Shown: positions 49,673 to 63,060 of the stretch, piece by piece
Layout of the letters: each line of letters opens with the position of its first letter
Numbering within the stretch: the first letter of the stretch is position 1
Assembly (NCBI RefSeq): GCF_964188315.1
Contig: NC_135663.1
Location: 30,256,001-30,320,000, forward strand
Length of the DNA: 64,000 nucleotides
Origin: Podarcis muralis
Lineage: Eukaryota
Reading direction: 5' to 3'
The notes under the pieces: model-generated
What the model saw: only the letters and a program-made list of their open reading frames with translations
Database searches by the model: none
What the model was told of the DNA's origin: nothing
Translations under genes and position numbers: made by a program

Positions 49673-51571
49673 ACTAAGTGATCCTTGTTTTGCTGGGAAA
49701 ACCTCAGAAATAAGCTCACAGTTTTTTCTTCCAGCAGCACCACCAAAACTGCGGCTCAAGGAAAGAGACAATGGTGAGTAAGGGAAAAGCAGTGGGAGAA
49801 AAAGACAAGTGAGGGAGATGTGAAATTTTTCACCTCTGCCCCAAACAGTCATTTTGCTCCCAACAGTTTCATGGGTGAAAATTTGACACAGGCCAATTAA
49901 TTTGTGCTCCTGGAGCTGCTCCAAGCAATCTACTAAATCAACTCGCCATGCCCCTCCCTGCCTCTCAAACAGCTTTATCTTTAATTAATAAACCCTATTA
50001 GAACACAGAGGACACAACTCTTAAATCAAACATTTAATTATCTTCACGGCTGCTGGCCCGGGCTCTTTTCTGAAGGAAATTCCCCGCCTAATTTTATACA
50101 AAGTGAACAAGGTGTTGGGATATTTTTCTGAACCAGAAAGCATCAATCATTCGTTTCTATGTAGCCTCTCACAATAACTATGATTTGAGGACATCAGCGC
50201 CATTGTTAACTCGAAGGAGCCGGCCAGTCAGTCAGTAATTTCTAATTGAGCTCCATGACCCTTGCCTAATTGTATTCTTGACAGCAGGCTGAAATTATAA
50301 TTATGGCTACAAATGCATTTCAAAGCAATGCAATTGTGCCTTTATTTATTTATTTATTTATTGCCTGCTTAAAAACGGAAATAATTAGACCCAAGACATC
50401 ATCAGGCAAGATGTCATGTGATTTTCAAAGGCTCATGGCCTTATGCTAAGTATTTGCAGTCACATACATCATGCAGCATACTGTAACTGTGTAGCCATTT
50501 GTCTCCTCCATGGCCCTACAGACACACAGAAAGGCAGGCAGACAGAGGGCTGATTATTTTGCCTAGAGGATTGATTACCCCCACATTTCAAATGCATCAT
50601 TTCAGGAGACAAATGTTAGTTGTAGCTTCAGGGAAATGCCTTTACTTTTGTAGAATGTTGCACATCTTTAGGAGCTAAAAATAGAAGAAGGAAGCCATAT
50701 TTTGCGACGTTCCGGGAAATTCTTGATAATATATGCTATCAATGGAGAAAAATTCTCTTCCAGTATAACTTTTGAAGTTCTGTTTTTTAAAGCCCTCTCA
50801 TTGAAATTAAGGGAAGGTGAGTAGATTGGTATATTCAGATGACTCTGCTGTCGAGTAAACCTGTCCAGGTGATATCCTAAAGTGGTAAGGGTCTGCGTAC
50901 ATTGAAAATATGTTATAGAAAACAGTGCCATCCTCCTAGTCATTTGGAGAGGAAAGGATTAATGGAGAAATTCTTTCTGGGTTGAATGCCACAGGGGAAT
51001 GTCATACATTTCTATCTAAAATTATATGACCAACCAAGATTGAGCATGTGGACTGCTGTGCATGTAGGTCACAAAAACAAATCTCTTTTGTAGCTTGCTA
51101 TTTCATATTCTTTAAAAAATAAAATTGTAAGGACTGCAGGCTACCGTAATTGAAGATTCTCCCAAGGATCATACAAATGAGTGTATTGATTGATAATCAC
51201 TGTGTGGTCTCTCACCTGATAAGACATTAAAAACGGTGTCCTTTGTGGATAATTTCATTTATGCATGAATAGAAGTTAAATTTGCTGTGCGTGTTAAAAT
51301 ACAGGCTTAGAGAAAATTTATAGAATTCTGCTTGCTGTCAGCTGGTTATTATCAGCACAGCGAATAATCTATCAGGATGGTCCAAAAAGTCAACATGCCA
51401 CCTTGATTTCATTTCCTTTAAAAAAATATTTCTGTAACGTGGACATACCTTAAGTGCTTGAAATTTCAGAGAACATATAGTGGCTGAAGACTCAAAGAAA
51501 CCTACTGTAAATGTTTCCATAAACCATTCTTGAAATATGGTGCATTTCTAAAATGGTCTCAGTTGTGTGAA

Positions 51572-51932
51572 TTGTTGTTGTTGTTTAGTCATTTAGTCGT
51601 GTCTGACACTTCGTGACCCCATGGACCAGAGCACGCCAGGCACTTCTGTCTTCCACTGCCTCCTGCAGTTTGGTCAAACTCATGCTGGTAGCTTTGAGAA
51701 CACTATCCAACGATCTCGTCCTCTGTCGTTCTCTTCTCCTTGTGCCCTCAATCTTTTCCAACATCAGGATCTTTTCCAGAGAGTCTTCTATTCTCATGAG
51801 GTGGCCAAAGTATTGGAGTCTAAGCTTCAGGATCTGTCCTTCCAGTGAGCACTCGGGGCTGATTTCCTTAAGAATGGAGAGGTTTGATCTTCTTGCAGTC
51901 CATGGGACTCTCAAGAGTCTCCTCCAACACCA
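51572..51932 (-). mobile_element. 5'-truncated Bov-B LINE
   Basis: RVPWTARRSNLSILKEISPECSLEG...; (CAA)n tail on the minus strand. Confidence 0.94.
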
Positions 51933-52132
51933 AGAGTCTGGGAAACCTCAAAATTCTTGTATGACTTACTTACTTACTTTATTTATTGATTTATTTATTT
52001 AGATCCTGTGCTTCCTTCCAAAGCAGTTCTAGATCTGTCAGTCATTTGCATCACCACCTCTATGCATATAATGTTGGCAGTTTTCTCTAGAAATTGGCAA
52101 TTACAAACTGGCATTCTGGTATTTTTGTAAGG

Positions 52133-52475
52133 CATAGCCTCCAACATTTCTCCAATGAAAATAGGGACGTCCCATTCCATTATGATAATTTTACTATTTA
52201 TACCCTACAAATCTTATTGGGTTGCCCCAGCACTCTGGGCAGCTTCCAACTTATAAAAAAAACCACAATAAAACATTAAACATTAAAAAACTTCCCTTTA
52301 CAGGATTGATTTCCGACTGCTCAGGGGTTGAATAACTCCATACCCTCCAAGATTTATCCCATGAAAATAGGGACATCCTAAGGAAAAGTGGGACATTGTA
52401 GGATCAAACAAAAAACCAGGATGGCTTCTCTAAATCAGGGATGTCCCTGGAAAATAGGGACACTTGGAGGGTCTG
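52133..52475. mobile_element. Composite non-autonomous DNA element containing an L2 3'-end fragment
   Basis: TIR-like catagcctccaa / ttggagggtctg; duplicated catan-cctccaa...atgaaaatagggac blocks (52133, ~52339) flank an L2 tail; GTAAGG on both sides. Confidence 0.65.
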
Positions 52476-54203
52476 GTAAGGTAAATGGGCATTATAACAG
52501 TAATAATCATTATAATTCTAGTCCACTTTTCCCCCAGGAAACTCAGAGCTGCAAACAAAGTCACCCACCTGGCTTTATCTCACAAAAATCCTGTGAGATA
52601 GATTAGGTTGGAAGTTAGTGGCTGACCCAAAATCACCAGGGAACTTTCAGAGCTGAGTCTCCCCAGTGTTAGTCTAGCACTTTGGATGTTCCTGTGTGAT
52701 GGCTCTCACTTGAGAATAATCAGTGATGTGAAACTGTATCTCTCTTATTCATAGAGCCATCTTTTTTTCACCAGAATGTATTTATGTTTTTCACTCAGTC
52801 CATATCAGATAAACACTTGTACAGGATGCCTGAATTATTAACACATTTTCCGCGTGGACCAACTCATGTTCAGAAGTCTTCAGAAGGGAAGCAGTGCGCA
52901 TCCACTGCCTGGATGTAATTATATCCACAGCAGGGAATAAACTTGTGTTATATTTCTGACTTTATCATAGACATGGCATTTTCCTTCACAGAGATTATGG
53001 CCATGAAGAAAATTCAAGAAAATTACCCCAAGTATATCCCATATGATTCATTGAATGATGATGATGATGAAGAAGAAGACCAGGTACAAATGAACCTTAA
53101 TTTGAAAGTGACTAAAACCCAAACTATACCTAAGAAGAGGTGTGCATCAAATTTAAGTAAAACACATTTTAATTGAAAAAGATCACAGCTGCTTTGCTTC
53201 GCCCTGGTCATTTTGCTGCTGTGCCATGCTGTGGTAAACTATGGTTTGTCATAGTGTGTTGTCTGAATCCATGTTCATGGTTTAGCTTTCCCAGATAAAC
53301 TACGAGCAACAAACCATAAGACAAACCTTGGTTACAGCTCTTGACAGAGTAAAACTATGAACCTGGGCTGTGATAACAGGCTAAGCCAAACTGTGGCTTA
53401 GCTCAGTGTGGCAGTGCATTGAAACCTGCACCCTTAACACAATAATAAACTAAGATGGGGTTGACTTAGTATGGGATGTGAACCAGGCCACTGGGTTTTG
53501 TCTACTCTTGGTTGTCTTGGTTATCTTGACAATTTTGGGTTGGCAAGAGTTATTTAGACTTTGAGAAGGGATGTTTCAGGGATGTTTATAGGAGATGCCA
53601 GGGACTGAACCTGGGACATTCTGCTCATGTTTATTTATGTTACTAATGTTACCCTGAAGAGCGCTGTAGGCAGGAGCTGAAATAGCACTGCAGTGTACAT
53701 CAATAGTTACAATGAAATAAAATACTGTTATTGCATGTTCCTGAAACACAGAAAGAGGCAGGGAAAACAACAGCAACCCCAATTTTACCCTGGATTATCA
53801 CCTGGTTGTGGTGAGTGGGCTTGCAAGTTCCTATGTCCCTTGTGAGCAAAGCTGTCGGGAGTCTCGTACTCCCAGCAGGGTCACCCAAAGTGGTAAGGTC
53901 AAAGGGGAGGAGCTAGACAAAGAATGATCCAAGAAGTCTCCAGCGGCAGAACAGGTGGACAATAACAAGTGATGTGTTAAAATGGCTGTGAAGGCAGATA
54001 AAGTCTGCATCAGATAAGAATCTACTGGTCGTCGTGATACTCATGCCATTGGAAGAGAGCCCTTCCTGTGAAGACTGTGTGTTGGTCAGCATGCACTGAT
54101 CTACACTCATAAAACAAATTCAATCACAGGCATCTTCCAAAAACTCAACCCAAATGTTAAAACCGTGTTTATGGAAGACAATCTTACTCAGTTATGAGTG
54201 ATC

Positions 54204-54241
<38 letters not shown>

Positions 54242-54266
54242 AGAAGAAGAAGAAGAAGAAGAAGAA
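54204..54266. repeat. Compound microsatellite (GCA)11(GAA)10
   Basis: Direct reading. Confidence 0.97.
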
Positions 54267-55444
54267 GACCACCCTGTTTGTGATGTCAGAGTATAACACA
54301 ACCTAGCAGGGAGTTGAAAACAATTTGAAGTCACATCCTCTGCTGGGTTTTGCTTGAATGGGGAGAATGCTTTGAATGATAAACCAGAAGCTGAACAATT
54401 CATTATTTTCAACTCCTTATTCGTCATAAAAATTCCATTATTCCCCCAAAACACATTCACCTCCTTAATCTCCCACAACAGTGTGATTCAGCAAACTTCA
54501 TTTTGCTCAAAATAATGGTATGTTAGAAAAAGAGATGTTAGAAGCATATGCCAAGAAACATTGATCTAGAACACTGCATGGGAAAGCAACAGACTGCTTG
54601 CTATTAGCCCTGCTAGATTAAGAAACCATGTCTAATTGTCAGACCCCAAATAATCTCATGACCAGAAGTGTTTCTTATAAGCTCACACTGAATAGCATCT
54701 ATTTATGTTTTTAGGCCACAGTGCCCTGAGGGAAACCAACTCACACTACAAAAGTGAAATACATACATGGCAGCTGGAAATTTTATTCCTTCCCAATCTA
54801 AAGGGCACATTAAAAAACCAACTAACAAACCATAAAGTGCAGATGAAAACATTGTGCAGATATTAAGAGATGGGGTGGGGGGTGGGGGGAAACTTCTGAG
54901 AATCTGCTTTTTGCCTTTCAAGGGAAACATTCATGGGCACCAAGGAAGAAAAGGAGTCAGCGCCTTTCTGCACTTACCAACTATAGTTGATATTTGATCT
55001 GATGTCTTTAAGAGGGAATTTGGAGAGGATGGTCTGCAATCTTGGTCACATGTCGCTGTTCTTAGAGAGTGAGGACTTATTCACACTTCCATTCGTTCCT
55101 CCTCTTTCCCTGGGGGAAACCTGATCTTCAGCGATGAACTAGAACAAACAGCAATTGGGTTTTCTGTGGGTTGTTCCAATTTAGCATGAAAAAGTGGGTT
55201 TTCCTGGGGGAAACGGTGGGGCAAAGGCAAAATTGCTCAGAGTTGTGCCATGAAAGCATGGAACAAGTGAAAAGCCATTCAGATCTGTGCTTCCAGGCAT
55301 GGAACCATCAGAAATGTATATAGGTCCTTTCCACACTAATTGCGAGTGGTGCCTAAAGCAAGAAAAGTTCTGTGGCTATTGCCACACTTCTTGCATACCT
55401 TTGGGTCCCTCCAGCTAGTAAATGTTGGAGTTATGAGCATGCAT

Positions 55445-55573
55445 NNNNNNNNNNNNNNNNNNNNNNNNNNNNNNNNNNNNNNNNNNNNNNNNNNNNNNNN
55501 NNNNNNNNNNNNNNNNNNNNNNNNNNNNNNNNNNNNNNNNNNNNNNNNNNNNNNNNNNNNNNNNNNNNNNNNN
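55445..55573. other. Assembly gap (129 N)
   Basis: Run of N. Confidence 0.99.
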
Positions 55574-55597
55574 GGAGTTTTTGCTTTGTGGGAGGGT

Positions 55598-55670
55598 AAG
55601 AGGCCTGGCGTGCTCTGATCCATGGGGTCACGAAGAGTCGGACACGACTAAATGGCTAAACAACAACAAC
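55598..55670 (+). mobile_element. Bov-B 3' terminus next to the gap
   Basis: ggcgtgctctgatccatggggtcacgaagagtcggacacgactaaa...(CAA)n. Confidence 0.88.
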
Positions 55671-56317
55671 AGATAAGAAGAGGTTAGATAAGAGGAACTA
55701 TGTGTGTTTGTCTTAACTATGGCTCATCTCAGAACTCCCACAGCTACCTGCCATTTTCTCATCAAAACAGAGCCTGACCCAAACTGACAGCTCACAGTAG
55801 TCAGTGGAAAGTGGTTCAAAACAGATGCCTCACAAACGATGGCCACCAACTACCATCCTTACAAATGGAAAGCGGGATGATGCTTGTACACATGCCACAA
55901 CAATGAAAATACTCAGGATCAATTCTGGATCTTTCACAAACGTCAGATTTTTCTTTTTATGGGGGTAGAAGAAAAATGCATGTTTGTTTGTTTGTTTGTT
56001 TGGGACATTCTGGGATAGCAGTTGACTAATTATGATGTTATGTGGAAGTATGCAATAAAATCCAGGGGGGAGGGGGAGAATGCTAGTAGCTATACCACTG
56101 CAAAAGGGAAGTGTGGAAAGGCCTTTAATTTCTTCCTCCCAAATTTTCATAGCCCAAATTTTAAAATAGATAAGCACAAATAAAATAAAATAAAATATAT
56201 AACAAAACAATTAAAATACATAAACATATAATTAGATATCAATTAAAAGAGCAATAATCCATTCTAAATATGGAATATGTCACGTCATTTAGGGGCATTA
56301 AGTGGCCATCTCTGATT

Positions 56318-56321
<4 letters not shown>

Positions 56322-56351
<30 letters not shown>
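56322..56351. repeat. (AC)n microsatellite
   Basis: Direct reading. Confidence 0.96.
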
Positions 56352-56353
<2 letters not shown>

Positions 56354-57180
56354 ATTGTGTTAGGCATTTTGGCCAAAGTAGAAACAATTTACATACATCT
56401 TAAGAGGCAGAAATGTAGATATACAAAGAGGTTTTTCTTCTTGTCACCAGTCTTAAAAATTATTTTATTGCACACTTTTCATTTTACTCCTTTTTCTATA
56501 TTACTTGTTTCTAAGGAATGGTATTTTATTTCTAAAGTAAATTGGTAGCATGTCAGAATTCACATAACATAAGGTGGATAAGGAAAGGAAGAGAAACCAG
56601 ATTGAGTTTCATTGAGGGAAACAAATACAGAGTGAATATATATTGCTACGCTGAATCAGCACTCCTTCTGGTGGCTCCCTGGGTGATCAAATTCAGTGCT
56701 GAATTTCAGAGTTTTCATATTATACTTTAATTTTAGGATAGTTGAAGCAATATTTGGAATGCCATAAAGTATTACCTCTGTTTCTCTTGAGTTGCAAAAC
56801 TGAACAAATGGAATCCGTTTTGTTTTCTTGGCACAACTGCAGAATTTGAACAGACAATGGGACATTCATCTGGTCCCGTGATGTGGCCTGGAGCATATTA
56901 GAGAACTGCCAATATGGTGAAAGACGTTTGGGATTAGAGACCCACAACTTGTATTCTCATTGCATAAACTGTGTAACAGAGGAATCTTGCTTTGTCTGTT
57001 TTTTTGTGGTTGGTAGTTGAGTGAACTCCATAAATATTGCCTTCAATGATGATCTATCAAAATAATATCCAGGTGAGATATTTCTTTCCCTACTTTCTAA
57101 AGAGAAAGGAGGTGGAAGGGAAAGCTGGTAAAACAATGGCCAGGGATTAGCTGAAATGCCATATATCCCAGGAAAGCAAA

Positions 57181-57777
57181 TGTCACAGACTTTTGGGTGC
57201 AGAGGAATGGTGGAAAGAACCAGCTGGGGAACCCCCAAGGGAAGAAGACTCAGAGCCAGGGAATTGGTGATAGGGTGATGATCAGTGATCAGAGGGAGAA
57301 GAGGGAGAAGACAGTGGGAGGAGAGGTGTCAGAAGCTGAAGAGGTAACAGGGCTTAGTGAGAGGGGGGAATCTTTGACAGAGAGCAGTCCAGACTCAGAT
57401 GGTGAAGCAGAAGAGGGAGGCCAAGAGGCAGATGAGTCTAGCTGGTGATGAAGCACAGGTGTTTCCCCCTCCTGCTTCAACAAGCTCCCCTCCCTCTTGG
57501 TCTCCCAGAACCAAGAGAGGCATGACGAGAACAGAAGTTAGCTTCATGCAGGAACAGTTTCAGTTTGCTTGGGGAAAACCCTGAAGAGGAGGGGACTTAG
57601 GCAGTTGTGAGGAGGTGGGGACCTTCAATCTCCACAACTGCTTCAAGGGAGCAAGACCTGCAAGAGAAAAGTTGCTGTGCTCATTAGGTCTGCCACTCCT
57701 GTACAGACCCTGTTTTTGCTAATAAAGAGTTAACTTCAACTTGGTCAGTGTGGTTTCCTGCTGGCTTACTCCTGACA
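57181..57777 (+). mobile_element. Solo LTR (597 bp)
   Basis: TGTCA...TGACA termini, perfect 5-bp TSD GCAAA (57176-57180, 57778-57782), AATAAA at 57721. Confidence 0.9.
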
Positions 57778-60392
57778 GCAAAACAATATAGGGATTGGAG
57801 GAGAAATTCAGTTTAGTTCACATTTAAAGGAGAGCCTACCCAACTCACACACCCTGAAGCAGTTCACAGAAACACAGCGGTTTGAAATTCACACTTCTCT
57901 GAATTTTGCAAGGCAGTGCTCCAATGTGTACAAAAATACATATACCAAGTGTGAATAAAGATACATATATGCACGAAAACAACTTAAGATATGTATATTA
58001 GGAGAAGTTTGTACTAAAATCCTGATGAATTTTCATGAAGAGCTTTTTTAAAAAAAATTGCAAACTGACCTGGAAATGTGAAGAAAACTTAAAGTGTGAA
58101 GAAGGAGAAACCAAAATGGACATATTGACCCATCCTTAGGTGAAATTACAGTTCTAAGGAAGGAAATTGTTTTCTTGGGTGAAGGGGACTGTTTTATATG
58201 CCATGAACTGAAAACTGAAAGCGTGTGTTTGGGCAGTTAAGAATCCGTTTGCTTCAGGTTCGCCTTTTGCTTCATCTGTGCATCTAATGCTTATAATTTC
58301 AAATCATTTTATTAAAATGAGACTTTGTTGGCATATCTAATGACACAAGTGTTGCCAATATGAATGGAAGAAAATGCAGGTCCTGCAGGCATGAATTAGA
58401 TGCATGGCTTCCATTATCTGTCAGATGAAATTATGTGCACTCAAAGGTTAGTTCTTTGTAGTGTGAAAGAGGGTAAATGGTAGGAGCATGAGGCTTCCAT
58501 CATGTTGAGGTGGCTAGCATGCCAAATAGAACATTCTTTCCCCAAGATGCAAAAAAAACACAAAACCTTTTATGTGTCCATTTAAATAACCCCAAAATGT
58601 GCATTTGTTTGTAATAAAACATCTTACTTCTAAATAGTTTTCAAAACAGCAAGCAGACTTGGCCTCAGCCAAAATTTGTGATGTGTTAAGCAATAAGTGT
58701 ATGGTTTTTTTGGGGGTGTGTGTGTAAATGTGGCGATGTGCTATGCTTGCTCCAATAATCAGGTACTTTGCTACATTTTGAATATTTCATCCCTAGCAAC
58801 ACTGTAAAATCCCTGTGGGATGTAACATTTTAAAGCAGTTTCCCCTAGTAAAATTATTAGATCTGCTAGCAAAGCAGGAGACAATAATAATCACTTGTAA
58901 TCACTTGTCAGACACTTGAACACTGGTAATCACTTGTCAAATATCTGTTTTTTTGTCATCTTCCCATCTATCCAGAATTCATAACTATCTGCCTTGAAAA
59001 GAGCTCTGTTGGATCATATTGCCTAGTCAAGTGTCTTGTTTCCCACCATGGTCAGTCAGTTGCATCCAGGAGGACATGAATACAATAGCACTCTCCACAC
59101 CATTATACTGCCTCATATCTATCTACTAAAACAACTGGATGATTCAGAAAGCTGTTATCTACTATTGGGTGACACCCACTCCTTCACATCTGCCCTATTT
59201 AGCACAGGGATTCAGAAGCAAAAACAAGGAAAATACAATTGTGTTGGTGCCATGAAACGCAATAGGATTTTGAGTCCCTCCTCCCAATCTTTTCACAAGA
59301 TTCCGATCCCTTGTGAGTCTTCAGATTCTCTTAACTATCTGCTGCTATAGCAGCGTAAGTAGCAGTTGCTTCTGCACTCCATCATTTCCTCACTGGTCAC
59401 TTTCAGACCACAGCCATTTTGCAGGTGGGATCTCATCTCATACCAGAACATTCACATTGGTTGTCTCATGAATCAATTGGCGTTGCCCTCCAAAGTTCTC
59501 TTCAGGCTCAGACTCTGAAGTGAAATCTACAATGTTGTGATTGTACCATGGCCTGGTAGTGTGTATGGGTCCGGCCCAAGACATTTTGCTTCCTGAGGCA
59601 AAGGACAAAATGCTTCTCCACTTTTCCATGCACAACAGCTGACTGGCCTGGCAGCAGAATCTCATTTTAATACCAGTGATGGGATTGTGGCATCCACTAC
59701 ACCTGTGGGCAGCAGGACAAGTTACATGAAGTCACACATGTTAGCTCCATCCTGCAACGGGGCCAGCCCTGATCATGTGTGTCGAAGGGCAGGATAAACA
59801 TATTTTGAATAGATAACTAAAAATAAATAATAGTACCTGAAACAGTAGATTACACACATCATCTGAACATGTCGTTTTTAAACTAAAAAAATGCAAATGT
59901 AACAAATGGGAGTGTTAAGTAAATATAATAAGGAAAATAAGTAATATAATGAAGAGTAGTAATTTATCAATAGACTGAGCATCCGAACTGGCCATCTTGA
60001 CACAGTCATATGACATCAAGTGACTGGCCAATGGGTGGCTGTGCCCATATGTCAAAAATGGCTCTCATATAGTGCACCAGTTCTGAATCCAGCCCTCCAG
60101 CTGAACCCAGTTTTCCACACCTGATTTAAATGGATATTTAATGACAGAAATTATTTATAAAATTACATCTATACATGTAAATTAGCATATGCACATTTTA
60201 TGCAAACCACTCTCCTTTTTTGTCCTCTTTTTGTTGTTGTTCATGCATTCCTCATTCCAGATTCAAATCATAGTAGTAAGTTCTAAATTTGCATCCATGC
60301 ATATAAATTATCATATGCAAAGTTTCTGCAAATCTGTGCCATTTTTGGGGTGATGCTTTTCTTCTTTTTTGCCAAAGCGTAAGTGACTACCT

Positions 60393-60750
60393 AGGGACGC
60401 GGGTGGCGCTGTGGGTTAAAGCCTCAGCGCCTAGGACTTGCCGATCGAAAGGTCGGCGGTTCGAATCCCCGCGGCGGGGTGCGCTCCCGTTGCTCGGTCC
60501 CAGCGCCTGCCAACCTAGCAGTTCGAAAGCACCCCCGGGTGCAAATAGATAAATAGGGACCGCTTACTAGCGGGAAGGTAAACAGTGTTTCCGTGTGCTG
60601 CGCTGGCTCGCCAGATGCAGCTTGTCACGCTGGCCACGTGACCCGGAAGTGTCTTCGGACAGCGCTGGCCCCCGGCCTCTTAAGTGAGATGGGCGCACAA
60701 CCCCAGAGTCTGTCAAGACTGGCCCGTACGGGCAGGGGTACCTTTACCTT
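60393..60750 (+). mobile_element. Full-length Sauria SINE, gggcaggggtacc subfamily
   Basis: 13-bp TSD TAAGTGACTACCT (60380-60392, 60751-60763); intact A/B boxes and many CpGs retained. Confidence 0.97.
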
Positions 60751-61738
60751 TAAGTGACTACCTTAGGGATTTTCTTCTGAATAAACATGCATTGGATCAG
60801 GTGCATGTGAGTTGCCCCTAATGAAAAGTGCACCATGGTGCCGAAGGAGGGGATTGAAAAACAAACCCGGAGTGATTAACAATAATATTTTTTTAAAAGT
60901 CATGGAAATCAGTAATTCTCCAGGGGAATGAATCATGTCTTTCTGTTGAACGGTGGTGGGTGAGGCCCCCAAGGAATCTTATACCAATTATATATACCTG
61001 TTAGACAACTTTGGATTGAAAATAAGCTGTGAACCTGGATTTGTTAAAAAAGAATTATGTCAAGCCAATCTTCATTCCTTCTTATTCCACGTGTAACCAG
61101 TTTAGCAGAAAATGCTTTTGAAAATATCCATGATTTTGATTCCAAGTAAGCAACAAATAACAATTCTGAGCACGAACTAACAGATGAGCTTTGGTGTCCT
61201 ATCCAGCTTCATAAGCCTAAATTTCAATCATGCATTCACTTGTGAGATATTCTGTGTGACAGCAAGATATGCTGTCCATTTGAGTAAAGCAAACACAACA
61301 AACTGAAACTGAAAAACTATGTTGCATTAATTTTATTATATGCCCCACGCAAAACCATGAAAGAGGAACGTGCAAGTTAAGGCTTTAATTTGGTTATTCC
61401 ACAGAAACATGTCCAAGAGCAGCGCTAAAGGTATGCAAGAGACGATTCTCTGATGTGAGACACAGTTACAGGCAGTCATGATGTAGTTAGAGTCAAGACT
61501 AATAATATTTTTTTCTATTCTTGTTTTCTTTCTGTTGCTATTTTTTTTGCTCTAATTTCCAAGGCCTTGATAAGCAAAACCAGCAATGAATTAAAGTTTC
61601 ATCATAATAGCCTAAGGGTGAAAAGACACACAACTATTTCAGAAATGTTCTCCCTCATTCCACAATGTGTGATGCAACGTTTGCCATCAGGGCTGGCTCT
61701 ACCTGAATAAGGAAACTGCCTCAGGCAGCAGATCACAG

Positions 61739-63060
61739 ACTCACAGAATTGTTAAGATGGAAGGGACCCCCAAGGCCCATCTAGACAAAGCAGGAATCAC
61801 AACTAAAGTATCCCTGGAAAATGGCCATCAAACTTCTGTTTAAAAACCTTCAACGAGGGAGCATCCACCCCCACCATTACAGTAGTACCTCGGGTTACAT
61901 ACGCTTCAAGTTACATACACTTCAGGGTACAGACTCCGCTAACCCAGAAATAGTGCTTCAGGTTAAGAACTTTGCTTCAGGATGAGGATGAGAACAGAAA
62001 TTGTGCTCCGGTGGCGCGGCGGCAGCAGGAGGCCCCATTAGCTAAAGCGGTGCTTCAGGTTAAGAACAGTTTCAGGTTAATAACGGGCCTCCGGAACGAA
62101 TTAAGTACTTAACCCGAGGTACCACTGTAGTTCAGGTCCTACCCTCTGAAGCAGCAGAAAACAAGCTTGCTCCACCTTCCATATGACAACATTTTAGGTA
62201 GTTGAAGAAGATGATCATATCATCTTGCAGTCTTCACTTTATTATCTTGGTCTCCCTCCTCAGCACAAGTTCCAGCTTGCCATATCCTTCTTCAACTTTT
62301 CACATGTACTACTGGCAAGCCAGGTGTCCCCCACCTTATATTTGCACATCTGGTTCTTCTTACCTAAGTGCAGAATACAACATTTGGCTCTACTGAAAGT
62401 CATTTTGTTAGTTTTAGCCCAGTTCTCTAATCTGTTAAGGTCATCTTGAATCCTGATTTGGCCTTCAGCGTCATTGGCTACCCCTCCCAGTCTGGTGTCA
62501 TTGACAAATTTGATGAACATCACCTCAATTCCTTTGTCCAAGTCATTTATAAAGGCATTGAACAACAAAGGGCCTAGGATCGAACCCTGTGGCACCCCAG
62601 CTGTCACTTTTCCCCAGGATGTTGAAGAAACCTTAGCGAGCACTCTTTGGGTTCAGTCAGTCTACCAGCTGCAGATCCATCTAATGGTAATCTTGTCCAG
62701 CCCACATTCTACCAGCTTCTTTTCAGAAATATCATGGGCCACTTTGTCAAAAGCCTAACTGAAATCAAGATACATTACATCTACAGTATTCCTGTGATCT
62801 ACCAAGCTTGTAACACTATCAAAAGAAGAAGTGAGATTCGTTTGGCATGACTTGCTTTTGAGAAATCCATGATGGGTCTTAGTAATCACAGCATCCTTTT
62901 CTAAGTTCTCACAGACTGTTTAATTATCAGTTCCAGGACCTTTCCTGGTATCATCAACAACAAGCTGATAGTAGTTGCCTGAGTCCTCTTCCCCCATCTT
63001 TAACAGATGGGGACAAGATTTGTGCATCTCCTGTCTGCAGGGACCTCACCTGTTCTCCTT
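61739..63060 (-). mobile_element. Old CR1 LINE with degenerate RT domain
   Basis: GVPQGSILGPLLFNAFINDLDKGIEVMFIKFVNDTRLGG (62260-62643), with frameshifts or deletions on either side. Confidence 0.92.
61880..62127. mobile_element. Tigger/pogo-like MITE nested in the CR1
   Basis: TIR cagtagtacctcgggtt / aacccgaggtaccactg; TA flanks. Confidence 0.92.

Noticed and set aside
57197-57448. Acidic Glu/Ser-rich 83-aa ORF
   Set aside because: Lies inside the purine-rich solo LTR 57181-57777; compositional artefact.
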